A DNA stretch of 64,000 bases. Origin: Ostrea edulis (lineage: Eukaryota). Position 1 is the stretch's first letter. Every line of letters begins with the position of its first letter. Below are positions 36,288 through 51,454 of this stretch, piece after piece. The notes under the pieces are model-generated. The model did no database searches and was not told where the DNA came from. It saw only the letters and a list, made by a program, of their open reading frames with translations. The position numbers and the translations under genes are program-made. The stretch spans positions 73,718,001 through 73,782,000 of the forward strand of contig NC_079168.1 of the NCBI RefSeq assembly GCF_947568905.1, read 5' to 3'.

Positions 36288-38819
36288 TTAAGCGACATTA
36301 ATATCCCTGTGATATATTTGAACTCGTTTGGAGGCCACATAGAATATTCTGAAAGACATAAAATATGTATATTGAAATTAAGATTTGCTTTGGAAACGTA
36401 CATTGTCAGTTCTTTTTGACGTTCAGAATATAATCTTTTACTTGACAGACGTAAATGTCTATAAAGAGTAAAATATATTCAATTAGAAAAATAAAAATTA
36501 ACATTGCCATAAATGCTTACATAAGAAGGAACAAAGCGATGACGTTGTATCCCGCCATTACCCAGAAGGCAAACCCCGGGAGGAAACTGACGGTTTCTGA
36601 ATAGATGGCGCCTCCAGCCACAGACCCAACCATAAAGCAGACGTTCTCGAATAAGGCTATACCGCCAAACATTGAGCCTGTAATAGAAACAGCTTGATGA
36701 TCAACATTTCCAGCCTTATGACAGCATATAGTTTTTTTTTCTGGAGCTATGGGACTATGTATGTACTGAACACTACATAAGGTCATTTGCATTAGAGCTC
36801 ATGGATAATCAAAGTCTGAACGTTTTAAATTATGGAAATACACAGCCATTTTAATGTATCAATTTTCATATGATATCCGACTATTGTTTCTCAAAATTCA
36901 TTGTTTATATCAATTATAATTATTTTGTATATTTAACTGCTATTACCTACACAAATAATTGCAGTTTTTAGAATTTCAAATAGAGAATCCTTCACAGACA
37001 CAGGTGCTTGACTTTAAAATCATTCACAAATACTGAAAATGACGTACCCATACACGAAATACCACTACATTCAATCTCAAAATGGCGGACATAGTCTGTT
37101 TAACATTATTTTTCGTTGAGCATACATTTCTTTGTTAACTAAACGTATAAGCGTAAAATAGACGCGATCCAAGCATTTGGCAATGTCGATGTAGGTTGTA
37201 TGTGACGTTCAGTATGATGTCATGGAAGTGATTAACCTTAGTTTGTAGGGAAGGTACAGTGTATGTAGTCTACAGTACATGGGGTGTTTTGTAACTTCTG
37301 GGTCCTGTACATTTATGTATACAAACACATTTTTGCTTTACTTTACCTTGTTTGTCAGGAGGTGTTAGCCGAGACATGATAGACCTGATCATCGTGACTT
37401 CTATTATACCAAGGCACCCAACAACAGGGACTGGGAAAATTAGAAAGTAATAATGCATCAAAAACTTAAAACAAGAGCACCCAAAACGGGAGCATCCGGT
37501 AACAACCGGGCATATCTGTAAAAACAACATCGAACCCGATGCATTTTGTTTTCCAACGAATGTGTACACCCACGCACTCATCGCATATACACATACAAAG
37601 TACATATTCCATCGCGTTATGACATACACACAACTCATAATTACCTATCAACTCTCCGAGACAAACAAAAATAAAAATTATGATACTTACCCATGTACAG
37701 TTCAAAAGATGTTTTTGACAAGGCTTCCATGACGAAGTAACCAATAGCAGAAATGGTTCCAATGACCGCTATGAAATCATCCGACATAAAGCACTGCATT
37801 AATCGTATGGATAAGACACCCACAAACTCCTGAATGACACTGCGAATGGTGCCAAAGTTACTTATCCTAATTGGGTTCCAACAAAAAGGGGAACCGATTT
37901 GGTACAGAATCTCAACATTGGTTTTTCCTAATGCCGCCATGCTTAATAAGTTAAATGCACATATAAGGATTATGTACTGCCATTGTCGACCATAATTTGG
38001 ATCCTTGTTTCCATGAATATACATATCTAAAGACTCCTTAATTTGACGTAGTGGATGAACTGATGTAACTCTATGTTCTTCTTTTAAAGGTTCTTTAAGA
38101 ACAAACAGTGTTAGTAGTATCCCTATCAGAACCAGGGCTCCCGACGTAATAACGGGGCTGTTAAAACCGAAGGCTTCTATTAAATACCCTGAAAGCAAAG
38201 TGCCCGCTAAGAATCCAACCCCGACCCCAAGGCCAAGAATGGCAAACGCAAATGACCTTTGTTTTCCTGGTTTTGTGATGTCAGCGAAACCGGAAGAGCA
38301 TATGGCAACGGAGGAAACCCACCCTCCGGTGCAGCCCTCAATAAACAGATATATAATGAAAAAGTTTACATTATAGTTCATAAAGATGTTCAGGAAACAT
38401 AGTCCGCTTTTTACCAAAGATCCAAACAACGGGACGAGGAGAGTTTTCTTCCTTCCAAATCTATCACTCAATGACGATATCAAAGGTGCGGTGAAAATAG
38501 CAGGTATTCCCCCCGCTATGGATATATAAACAGTCCATCTTGCTGTGTCAGACTGTATAGTTTGGTCCATTTGAAATTCTTTTGAACTCGTGTTAGTTTC
38601 ACAAAGTGATCTATCGGACTTATTCAATGTTGCATTCGGGAACTCTTGGTCTTTATATACACTATAGGTATACTGACTAAGGTCAAACACAAGGATGGTG
38701 AAGGACGCCATGTGAACGAATACAATTATCCCTATGACAAACCCAGTGATAGGTAATTTAACAGTCTTAGGTTCGTCTTCATCCTCATTCAAAAGTTTGG
38801 CCTTCTCACTATGATCCAT
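36288..38819 (-). CDS. SLC46-family (proton-coupled folate transporter-like) MFS transporter, 476 aa
   Basis: Exons 38819-37691, 37430-37347, 36677-36521, 36348-36288 with GT-AG and matching phases. About 12 hydrophobic segments, motif A SSLSDRFGRK, LYQIGSPFCW, RSIMSRLTPPDKQG, glycosylated first loop. Family level only. Confidence 0.88.
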
Positions 38820-39585
38820 AGTTCTTAGTTATTATCTAACTTTTCTGTCAAATATCCTGTCAAAGAAAATGAAAACAATTCAATATTTTTTCCAATAGAT
38901 TTACATAACATGTACTTTGAAAACTACCATAAAGTAACCCAATGTATCAGGTGACCCACTGTCGTATGTGGCCGTTTAAATTCACCAAAGGTGATACCCA
39001 GTCTATTGTACCTGTATCAAACGACTGCCTGTATGTCACAACCAACGACCGGCATTTTTTACAATTTACTTCCTATTATCACTTTCGATTTTGGTCAAGC
39101 ATGCAACCGTCCATGAAAACTTGTTTGGTCCTAGCAAGAGTAATAGTTTGGTTGTGGCTTTGTTTGCAACAAGTAGTTCATGCGCGATGAATCATGGAAT
39201 ATTCTCTTTAGAGGTGTGAACAGGCATAGCTTACATCCACTTCTTTTTCGCTGATCTTATAGGTGCATGGGTCAAGGATATCTCCCTCTAACATACGTAA
39301 ACTATGGAGGAAATTCGAACAATGAATAAATGTTTCATTCCATTTTTTCAAACTTTTTGTGTTTCAAGAAGCTTAACTACATGTGTCATAACCATATGAT
39401 ATTTTAGCCATATTTTATAACTTTAGTTTCCCCACTAATGCGAAATATATATAAAGTACTGCGGGTCAATTTCCCCTTACTGTGCCTCAGGATAGATACT
39501 TTCCGATTTAAAGTTCCTAACATTGTTTACCAGCTGAATTTTGAGCTTCCTTCATTCCATACTATTTTTTACTTAATGATTCAAA

Positions 39586-39885
39586 GCTTCGTAAAACGGA
39601 GGTCGTGAATTCGAGCCCCGCTCGTGTCATGGCCGCGTCAAACCGAAGATGCAAACATAGGGAGTGGCGACTCCTTCGCCAAACGCTCGGCATTAGAAGC
39701 AAGAATCACGGTTCTTTCGGATATGACCTTAACAAACGTGGCAGGCGTTGACGCGTTAAAGAACATCATGGGTACGACCCTTCAGCGTTAAACGTAGGTC
39801 TAAATTTGTGGTACTTCACCTACAGCTGGTTACATCTCAATATGAGTGAACTATTCTCGACCGGACATAAAACAAACAAAAACGA
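39586..39885 (+). mobile_element. tRNA-derived Meta/MESC-type SINE
   Basis: B-box-like GAATTCGAGCCCC; body matches 25688-26028; CAAA-repeat tail. Confidence 0.75.
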
Positions 39886-39924
39886 AAAATCAGATACCGA
39901 CGTGTTAACGTCAGAGAATATCGT

Positions 39925-41822
39925 AACCCTTACCAAACAGATATCGGGAATAACCTAACCCTTACCAAACAGAGATCGGGAATACCCTAACCCTTACCAA
40001 ACAGATATCGGGAATACCCTAACTCTTACCAAACAGATATCGGGAATACCCCAACCCTTACCATACAGATATCAGGAAAACCCTAATCCTTACCATACAG
40101 ATATCAGGAAAACCCTAATCCTTACCATACAAATATCGGGAATAACCTAATCCTTACCAAACAGATATCAGGAAAAACCTAACTCTTACCAAACAGATAT
40201 CAGGAAAACCCTAATCCTTACCATACAGATATCTGGAAAACCCTAATCCTTACCAAACAGATATCAGGAAAAACCTAACTCTTACCAAACAGATATCAGG
40301 AAAAACTTAACCCTTACCAAAGAGATATCGGGAATACCCTAACCCTTACCAAACAGAAATCGGGAATACCCTAACCCTTACCATACAGATATCGGGAATA
40401 ACCCAACCCTTACCAAACAGAGATCGGGAATACCCTAACCCTTACCATACAGAAATCGGGAATACCCTAACTCTTACCAAACAGATATCGGGAATACTTC
40501 CAACCCTTACCATACAGATATCGGGAATAACCTAACCCTTACCAAACAGAAATCGGGAATACCCTAACCCTTACCAAACAGATATCGGGAATACCCTAAC
40601 TCTTACCAAACAGATATCGGGAATACCCCAACCCTTACCATACAGATATCGGGAATACTCCCAACCCTTACCAAACATAAATCGGGAATAACCTAACTCT
40701 TACCAAACAGATATCGGGATTACACTAACCCTTACCATACAGATATTGGGAATAGCCTGACCCTTACCGAACATATGTTGAGAATACACTAACCCTTACT
40801 AAACAGATATCGGGAATATCCTAACCCTTACCAAACAGATATCGGGAATACCCTAACCCTTACCATACAGATATCGGGAATACCCTAACCCTTACCAAAC
40901 AGATATCGGGAATAACCTAACCCTTACCAAATAGACATCGAGGATAATCTAACCCTTACCAAACAAATATCGGGAATACCCTAACCCTTACCATACAGAT
41001 ATCGGGAATACCCTAACCCTTACCATACAGATATCGGGAATACTCTAACCCTTACCAAACAGATATCGGGAATAACCTAACCCTTACCAAATAGACATCG
41101 AGGATAACCTAACCCTTACCATACAGATATCGGGAATACCCTAACCCTTACCATACAGATATCGGGAATACCCTAACCCTTACCATACAGATATCGGGAA
41201 TACTCTAACCCTTACTAAACAGATATTGGGAATACCCTATGTCTTGCCAAACAGATATCGGGAATATCCTAACTCTTACCATACATATATTAGGAATATC
41301 CTAACCCTTATCAAACAGATATTGGGAATAACCTAACCCTTACCGAACAGATGTTGGGAATACCCTAACCCTTACCATACAGATATCGGGAATACTCTAA
41401 CTCTTGCCAAACAGATATCGGGAATAACCTAACCCTTACCAAATAGACATCGAGGATAACCTAACCCTTACCAAACAAATATCGGGAATACCCTAACCCT
41501 TACCATACAGATATCGGGAATACCCTAACCCTTACCATACAGATATCGGGAATACTCTCACCCTTACTAAACATATATCGGGAATACTCATCTCTTGCCA
41601 AACAGATATCGGGAATACCCTAACTCTTACCATACAGATATCGGGAATACACAAACCCTATCAAATATATATCGGGAATAACTTAACCCTTACCATACAG
41701 ATATCGGGAATACCCCCAACTCTTACCATAGAGATATCGGGAATAACCTAACCTTTACCAAACAGATATCGGGAATAAACCAATCCTTACCAATCGAATA
41801 TCGAGAATAACCTAACCCTTAC
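39925..41822. repeat. 32-bp minisatellite, about 59 copies, containing CCCTAACCCTTA
   Basis: Unit CCCTAACCCTTACCA(A/T)ACAGATATCGGGAATA. Confidence 0.96.
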
Positions 41823-41974
41823 GAATGTGTTTGGTGCAGATCTTGCTGCTAGTTTACCGCAAGTCTGCAGTAAACAAAATTGTTTGCAACAAAAGGTTTT
41901 CCTTGTTTAGAGATGAAACTGACCTTCACCCATTTGATACGATATAATCTAATATGGTACAGTTTACGATTTAT

Positions 41975-42240
41975 GATTGATTGAATATTGTTTTACGTCC
42001 CTCTCCAGAATATTTTACTCGTATGGAGACGTCACCACTGCAAATGAAGGGCTGCAAAATTTAGGCCTATGCTCGGCACTTATGGCTATTGAGCAGGGAG
42101 GGATCTTTATCGTGTCACACCTGCTGTGACACGGGACCTCGGTTTTTGCGGTCTCATCCGAAGAACCGCCCCCATTTGGTCGCCTCTTACGACAAGCAAG
42201 GGAGTAATGAGGACCTATTCTAACCCGGATCCCCACGGGA
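41975..42240 (-). mobile_element. Full-length tRNA-less SINE-like element (structured-head family)
   Basis: Minus strand TCCCGTGGGGATCCGGGTTAGAATAGGTCCTCA...CAATCAATC. Confidence 0.88.
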
Positions 42241-45200
42241 TAGGTACGCTTTATAATCCGCACCTAGTTAGCTTATATTGTAAAACATAATTAGCTTCAT
42301 TCCTAATAATTTGATAAAAAAGAAGAAGACAAAACTGCGTTGTACAAGTCTTCGTTTATAAATAAGCAAACAAACACCGAGAAATAGAAATCATTTGCAC
42401 CGCGCAAGGATTCACTTACCAACATGCAGACGAAGAAAACCGCCATCTTTGTTCTTTGCATAACTGGAACATGTACAGTGTACTTTATTGATCAAATTTG
42501 AAAACGCTAGGCGGGGTTTGCAATGAATCTTGATAACATAAATACAATGTACATATGTAGAGCGAATGTTTACTTCACAGCGCAAAATCCACTTTTGAGA
42601 GAAAGTGTTGGAAAGTTTTAAAAATATAAACCTGACATCACACAAATCGCGTCACGTACCAGAGAATGCTATATAATTTACTATTTTTGATTTTACAAAA
42701 CTTTTAAACTACATCATAACTTACCGTGGCGTGTAATATTGTGGTCAATTAAATCCGACACGATAAAATATGTAAGCCGTCATCTGATACATTTTGCAAG
42801 ACATGACGCATTTTATTCTTTTCTAGGCGGATCAAGCAATACCCCAAGTGAAACTATACTTTAATAATGAAAAAGCAAAAGTTGCTAGTACTTGATATAC
42901 CATTATTTCGCACATGATATCGTTTGTATTGAACTTTTACCGATAGTGTTTTTTGTTTTTGTGTACTCAGAAGTAAAAAAAAATATATATACATCTTGTT
43001 TGGCATCGAGAAAAAAAGTCTAACAAAGGTACACTGTACTTCATTATGCACGCTTTATTCCGTTCATTTTCTAATTTCACAGATGGCCTACAATTTAACA
43101 GTGCTACGATGTAAAATCAAAATAAAAGTATTGACGTCTTGGGTTGTCGAGGGGGCATGTCCCCATACCAAGTTATGTTATACAATATAATTAAATATTT
43201 TCAGTGTGCTCAGCCAATGGAATTGCGTGTTACAAAAAAAATTGAACTATTCACATATGGAGGTCTGTACATGTACATATGTACAGTACCGTGGATATAA
43301 ATCAGAGACTGTCAGAAAATTTTGAAGGAATTTAAAATGACATCTACTCGCCCATAATTTTCAGTCTCACTTATAGCATCTAATAACTTGCAAATTTCAA
43401 TTCGTGTTTGTTGCATTGGAGATTATTTCAAATTTCAGAACATTTGAATTTGATTGAAAATATCTTGGGACCTGTAAATGCATAATTCTTTATTTGTATA
43501 TAGATATATCGGTACATGTGAATAAATAATGAAATACATCCACAATTTCTTTCAGAAATTCTGTTCTCTCTTACAGCATCAAACCATCTACCTGTTTCAA
43601 TCGGTAGTTTTATCGTTCCGCTTTTAAGTTAACAATATATCTTAAATGGTGGTAAATTCAATAATCATTTCTCAAAGATTAATTACTTTATAATCAGTTT
43701 GTAATCAACATTAGTAATTCACTATACCATGACTTCTTAAACATTGATGTAAAAGAATGGTGTATAGCTATTTTTAAAACCAAAATTTATTCACTGAATT
43801 TCCATGCAAAACATCTAGTAGGTCAATCAAAATCCATTTAAGATTTCTGAACAAAATTCACATTGCATGCTGACAAGACAATGCTCACTGTGGAGGAGGT
43901 GGGGGTCACCCCATCCATTTTCAGAGACTCTTGTCACGGTTTATCCACTTTCGCGTGAACCTTTGCACGAAATCGACTTTGGAAATCTGGAGAGGGTCTG
44001 TAGTTTAAAAACATTCTCTGTGTGCATCTTTGACTAACTACGTATATCATACAAATATTGATCGATGTCTGTGTTTTACCTGTACACACTTCACATTGAA
44101 AAGTTTGAAAACACTCTTTCTTGTAAGCCCGAGATGCTAACATTTTACTGAGAGTCTTAGCAAATGTGGAGATGCTATATTGAAAAAAAAACACACAACC
44201 ATTTTTATATATACATGTACATGCAGTGCCTACGTCGAAAAATGAAAACAACGAAAACTTTCGTTACAGACGAAATATTGGCGAATGTAAATATTACAGT
44301 AAAATGTGTTGGAAGAAAATGTTGTTTTGATTTAGTTATTATTACTAACAGCCGACATTCGATTCGCACGTAAGTTCAGGAGATTAAGATTTACAACTGT
44401 CACAGTCTATCAGGACATGAATATAACATACTTCAGGTCTAGAGTGGTTTATCATGCCTTAAGTACACATTAGTCGACATATCTCTGTTTATCAACACAA
44501 GTAAAACTGCAAAGTTATTTCTAACAAATTCTCTACAATGATGCACAGAATGTCTTATAGTACTGAAATCTTGTAGCATAAAACTTACCTTAATCAGGTG
44601 AAGCTAAATGTGCATTGTAGATTAAGCTTGCAATGTGTGATCAGTGAAGGCGCCGGGTCATCACCTACCATTTTATCGCTAGTTATGACAATTGAAACAA
44701 TAGGCGAAGATAAGATACGATACAATCAGAATACTGAAAGTGTGTGCTTCAATACCCCCGTATCAAACAGGTTACACGTGAGAAAGCAAACCATAATCTT
44801 CTACGTATCAGAGTTCAGAGGTTAGATGTACAATGTACAATGTATTTCTAGTGCGTCGCTTCCGGTCCGGTCGAGTTGTCGGACATGTCTATCGTAGGAA
44901 GTGAAAGCCAAATAGTGTGTCTCTGATAAAACACATGAAATGACACAATTATAGACTCCAGAACATATTGTATTATGACTGTCTACCTTTATATGGAGTA
45001 AAATATACAACTCTTTGAAGAATAAAATACTTCCTTTATTGAAAGAAGTAAAAAATGACAAAGAAAATACAATATAAATAGTACTCTGTTCACTTACATG
45101 AACCTACATGTAAAGTTCAGACGAATTGCATAATCTCAAAGTTGTACCTGAGAACAAAACGTGTGTCACATAGCATTACGAACAGTGCAACGTATGGAAT

Positions 45201-45439
45201 ATTCGGCATATACATGTACATGAACTATCTACACTACAAATGTATTGACAAATCTGAAAATGATTATGATGTACAGCTGTTCCACTGAATTTTATAAGTC
45301 GACTCCATATATTATATAATTTACTCTAACTACTCTACTCTAATCAGTAATGGTCGTCCTCTATCAAGTATAAAAACACTGATTACACATATCAAAGACT
45401 GAAAGTGTATTTTTGATTTCTACATAAAAGGATAATTAG

Positions 45440-46815
45440 AAAATTAAAAAAAAAACTAGGGTCACAATGCGTGTTATTGAGCTACAGTGTTTTAATGAAA
45501 CATTACCTTTTTGCACTTTACATTTACTCAAGATTTATTCGTTTAAACTTGATTTGTCTGTTGGTGTCAACACAAAATAAGCAACACAAATCAATCATTA
45601 CATAAAATGGATACACACATGTAAGCATGTCTTCTAACAATACAGATATAAAACAAAGTTTAATACTAGTAATGGGAATAAATAATGACCTTTTTGCACT
45701 TCACGATATCGAATTTGAGAGTTTAAAAGGATATATTAGAAATTTCACATGATTTTCAAAGTCCTGTCCTAAAATTTAAATGGAACTAAAGAATGGGGGT
45801 TATGGATTAAATTTGTCAATTATTGACCAAAATACTCATTCATTCATTCTTTATTTCCTCCCATGGGAGATCACATGAACAATAAAGAAATCAAATAATT
45901 AAAAAATTACACAAGTATAAAAATACATAGCATTATAATTAGAAATGAACAAAAAAAAAAAGAAAAGAAAAAAAAAGAAAAACAAAACAAAACAAAAAAA
46001 AACACCAAAAAAAACACCAACAATCAAAGACCAGATATAAGTATGTACATCAATTACAGAAGATGAAAACAAGATTGCTGACTAGATCGTTGAACGATAT
46101 GTAACTAATTAGAAGTAAACACTGGAAAAAAGGTGTAGTTTACTATGGTCAATGTGACGCAACTGTCTGTTGTGCCATGTTGCAACATTCCTTAGGAAGC
46201 GAAAGTTAAGAATATGCAAGCTGGAACTTTTGCACCTGATATACGAAAAACTTTATGATATCAAAATTGAGAGTTTAAAAGGGCATATTAGGAGTAATGT
46301 CAATTTCTAAACTTTTACATTATTTTTAAGGTCTTGTTGTGATGGAACTGAAAAAGTGGTGGTTGGAGATCAAATTTTTAAATAATTGGCGAAAATACTG
46401 AATTTCTATTTTTAAATTAATTTAAACGTTTATAAGAATCTGTGTTCTGTTTGGGACAATATATCAACCATAATAATAGATTACAACATTTGAACTAGTT
46501 CCAAGTCTCAACTACTTGTATCATAAATCATAAAATTGAAACACACGTATAGGAGTATAAAATTAGAGGGTAAATTGGATGAAAAAGATACTATGAAAAT
46601 CATGCAGAATTAGAACTTTTTGATTGATCAATCTTTTCATCACAAAATATAGTCCCTGTCAAACTCTTTCAAAATTTGAATTGACATCAAAAAAAAATTT
46701 CAACTTTAAAAATAGATGTGTAATACGTTTGCACCAATGGGTTCAGTATTGAACCAGTAAATACTTAGTTGTAGCATCCTGCGCAGGTGTGCTCAAAAGT
46801 TCTGCAGCAAACTTT
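45440..46815. repeat. Non-coding block duplicated at about 58345-59310
   Basis: Long collinear matches, e.g. TAAACTTGATTTGTCTGTTGGTGTCAACACAA and CCAGTAAATACTTAGTTGTAGCATCCTGC, in both places. Confidence 0.85.
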
Positions 46816-48718
46816 CTTAATTAAGGACCCCCCCCCCAAAAAAAAATGCGGTTAACTAATAAATCAATGTAAAGATATGATAACATTCATTAGATAGGAT
46901 ATTACATACTCCTTATAATACCTATAAATAGGACATCATTCTTTATCTACATGGTAGCAGTATGTCTACAATATGGTGGGGGTCAATATAATAAACAAAG
47001 GTGACGTTAATATTAACTTTGGTATCTTATGTCACATATACAGTATGCATTTTACTGTCACTCTCCTTGGTTATTCACATTCGAAAAAAGCAATGCATTG
47101 GGGAATAGCTTTTTAGATAACGAAAAAGATTTTATTTTCTCTTTAACTTTCAGTTGGATGTTAACTTTCAAACTTAGAACACAAAAATAACTCCTTTGAT
47201 AGTATGGTGTCTTGCTACAGAAATTTTGAAAAGACTTTCAATTCAATACACGTTACATATACATGTACGTATAAGATTAAACTTTCTTTATCGTACTAAC
47301 TGTCTTACCTGGACGGGGAATCTCAGTGAATAATTACATATTCACGTGGATGATCTAGTCAACCACTGCAATGTATTCATTGAACATTCATCGTCAGACA
47401 ATTGTCTACCTTAGAGAAATACATTGTAACCCTGCCTACGATTTATTTCATAATCAGTAATATATAAAACATAATTTGTTCAATCATTCAATGTACAACA
47501 TACATTTATAAATTAAACCATCTTTTTTTTCTATGTACATATACGTGGTAGGCCTTAACTTAATTTCTGCAAGAGCGAAACGATAAGCGCTGAGCTACAT
47601 GTATTTGAATTTACACCTAATCATATTATCTCAGTGAACTGTCCGTGTTGTTTCAGACAAAGGAAACCATATTAAGATATCATATATAAATAAACAATAT
47701 TTCCTACCTTGTTCTCTGTCAAAACATAATGTTTTGAATTTTATTGTTGTATATGAATTTATGAAATGTATTAGGCTAACTGTTTAAAAGCAGTAAAAAA
47801 AAATCGATTATCGGGCTGGGTTTAGGATAGATAGTTCAAACAGATTTTTCTTCGAATGGAAAATTAATATCAAGCATGTTCCATATAAATATTTCGGGAT
47901 CTGCAAAAGGAGTGCTATACAGAATTTACAAATCGAACATTGTTTCCAAATAAATCAAGAAAAACGTTTGTAAAATTTATAACTACAAACATCACTTCCT
48001 GTAGAAGTAGACATGTTTAACCCATCTTATGTTACGTTATTGTATGTAACTAAGTCATGTACCCTTCCATTGTTTACTGAATGAATAGATTTAGCTGAAC
48101 CGAAAATTTTCCCAGAGATAATTGACTATAATTAAGGAAATGAAATCTACAGATATAAAGCACGGAGTCAATTGACTGTAGAGAAAACTGGAGAGAAAAC
48201 TTCCGGGACGAAGGCTGGCATTCTAATGAATAACTTCCGGGGTAAAGCTGTTCTATATAAAACCTTTAGTGGGAAGATTCTCTAAGCAGCACTGGTTTTA
48301 TATACTTTAAAGGTAACAGGAAGTCTACAACGCGACACCCATGTAACCCGTCCGCCATATTTCCGATAGCCAGTTTTACTTTATTTATACATATATACAC
48401 CCAAAATGTGATTGGTACCCCATAGCAAATTTGGTTATATAGACGTATGTAAAGACAAAGCTGTTTTGTTGCATGCTTGTACAGTAACATGTAATAAACG
48501 TGGAAAACTCACTTACCAATTACCTACAGATAAAACTGAATTAGCAAGGAGCATACCATTCGCATTATTTACATTCCTTTCACGCAAAATGCAGATGCAT
48601 ACATGTACATTTTAGGTATGACATACTCGCCAATGAAACGCATCGCATGTGGATAACCTATTTAATTGGGCTACTAGAAGGATTGAGAGATGTGTACTTG
48701 CTGAGAATATTCCATTAA

Positions 48719-50267
48719 AGGACACATCTCGTGTTTTCAAAGTATACAGAATTATATGTATTTTGTCTTCCTTATGCTTATAGAAATTAATTGTAATAGT
48801 TCGTTCGCTGAAGTATTGCGATAATTAGCCACAATACGGACTTAAATCTAAGCCCTGATTTCAAAAAGCCTAGTTAATTAGATAGGTAGTCACGTGGTAC
48901 AGTGACGTCATATGCGACCTTCGTCGATCAACTTGTTGTAAAAGTATTGTTAGATATGTTTAAAAACTCGGGTTTTAGGGGGCCTAATTTATTTATCATG
49001 GATAACATTTATTTCGATGTTGACAAATTTCCTGAGTCTTATATCTTTTAGCCACCAGTGCATACAAATAACGACCCAAATGTAGCGAGGAAAGCGGGTA
49101 TGAAATCTGCATTTTGCGAGTAAATGATGTTTACATGGGATCACTGTCTAAACACTATTTGGTAATATCATTTCTGTAAACAACTGTAATTAGAGTTGTT
49201 GCTTTTCTAAAATAAACAGTGCAATTATTATTAAATTTATTTTTGGAGAAGTTAGATAGGCCTAAATTATGATACGATTACGTATCATTGGCAACTAGCT
49301 AGGACTACTGTCACGGGTGCATTTCGGAAAAAAATAATAAAAATGATCAAACTTATTGTGAAAATCACAATACTTTTAAATCATTTATTCAAGAAATTTT
49401 ATTAATCATTATTATTTTTTATCTACATGTTGTTACTTAGGAAGTGGAAGCGCGGCATGCTGTTGTTGTAAACACGTACACGCGTTCCTTTAAAAAAATG
49501 AAAGCATTATAATTCAATTCAAAGTTGGGAAATATCATATTTTATTATTTATAATTGAAAGTTCAATTATCTTTTATATTTAAATTTCTTTTTTTAAACT
49601 ACCAGTTGGTAGACACGGCTAGCAAAGTTCTGCCTATATGTTGTTACAAGGTGAAGGTCAGTTGGTGCGAGTGTGTATTGAATTTGAGAGCAGAACGGAA
49701 AGCATATGCCGTAGGCCTATATGTAACAGTGCGTAGCTTCGATAGAACCATTTTCTCACAGTTTATCTATGTCTTTGTCCAAGTGCTTGTTTGAAAAAGT
49801 ACAGGGACCAATTCTACTGGGCTTTTTAATAGCAAAATCGTTGTGCCGACAAAAAATATTCACGTCTTGTCACTCATACCTTCCTTCGAAAATTGAAGAA
49901 AACACAGTCCAAATCCTCTCTACTGACAGCAAGTACACCCTTAAACGGCACAAAACACCCTAATGCAGTGTTATTTACAAGCCGTTAATGTGATAATTGT
50001 TTGTTTGTCAATTAAATCTAATCTGTTTATGAAATGGCTAACAACTGTTTTCAAATCGTCTCGCTCGAGGTCGCATATGACGTCACAGATAATGGCGCGT
50101 AAAATATCGAAGAAAATATGCATATCGCAAGATTTGAATTTCATCGCTTTCAAACTCGAAAACTACGCAAACTGTTTCATTCAAAACACACGTAAAGTAG
50201 TTTTAGGCATGAAATGAATTAATTTTGCTGAAAAAAATAAAAAGTTTAAAAACATGCGATGTGTCCT
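48719..50267. mobile_element. Non-autonomous Kolobok-like DNA transposon
   Basis: TTAA both sides; AGGACACATC(T/G)C(G/A)TGTTTT terminal inverted repeat; symmetric 18-bp internal inverted repeat. Confidence 0.85.
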
Positions 50268-51454
50268 TTAATTACTTTGATAGATTCTACGAAATGACAA
50301 ACTCCGTTCTTATTCCCGCAGTAAACACCAACACTTCAGAATACAAACGGCAGCACACTAAGCCCACGCACCGGTCACGGTACATGTAACCTAGTGGTAA
50401 GGATACTAGTTTCGCCACCGGAATGTCCCGAGTTTGATACACTAAAAATAAATCGAGAAATTCTAAATGTAAATGGGTACTGAAATGCGAATGCTACATG
50501 CCTTCAATCGTAGCTAGTGTTTATATATTATGACTAATGTAGTCTTAGTAATTTCACTGACCAGCACGCGCTTGCACGTTTGATTAATTTTGTTTGTATA
50601 ATGCTTTCACATATATAGCTCTCTTATGAAAGAAGGAAATACATGTATAGTTATTTGTATATATTTTTAGTATTTATAAATCGATTCAATTGGGAAAGGC
50701 ACTAAGTCTCCTTGGTAGGTGGGGATGGCTGGAGAACAGTTGTAACGGTCCCCATTCAATTAGCCCTTGCAGTTAATGAAGAACAACTGAGAGAGAATCA
50801 TTACATATATGTTTAGAATTTAGAATCTCTTTCTCTCTCTCATTACGCAGGGCGTAGAGTAGATAACACCCCTGTCTCCTGATTGAGGGCAGCTGATCAG
50901 GACGGGTTAGTTGTATCGCAGTCCGTAACAGTGTAATGAAGTGACAATTTGTTCACTTTGTAAACACGAATGGAGTTTATCATTACATCTTGTGAAATTT
51001 ATCAGACGGGAATGAAATTTCCCAGCACTTTTCCGGACTGTTAAAATAGCGCTCGGGAAAGAGTTGTCAGCGATTAGTGCGTTTTGTGTATTACATTTGC
51101 CATGTTTATACAAGTGCATTTTGCATGAAATGAATGTGGGTAATATAAATTATATGTTCTTTATTTTTCCTATTCTATCAGTATAATATATTATTGGTAA
51201 ATCATTCCTACCCGTTTATTAAATATCCTCGTCACGTTTATCGCTAAACATGTAAAGAAAAGATTTTCTTCACATTTTGTCCAAATCAATTCAAATATTT
51301 TAGAATGTTCTACTATTTATGTTATGTGTTTTTCTAATTTTCAGCAATACATTGTGCTTTAAAACGTTATTTCATGTGCCTCTCATTCTTGAGAATTGAA
51401 CTGGTCGAATTTGTCCGCACAAACAAATCGGAAGCATCGATGCGATGTGAAACG

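Noticed and set aside
39925-41822. CRISPR-like array or true interstitial telomere
   Set aside because: Units are contiguous with no unique spacers, and the hexamers are embedded in a 32-bp unit rather than forming (TTAGGG)n.
42413-42465. Small minus-strand exon AAGATGGCG...TTG|GTAAGT as a coding start
   Set aside because: Splicing to the acceptors before the SLC46 ATG gives immediate stops; at most a 5' UTR exon with a uORF, and unsupported without RNA data.
48200-48365. Promoter inferred from CTTCCGG, AGGAAGT and CCGCCAT motifs
   Set aside because: Short motifs alone are not enough without transcript-start data.
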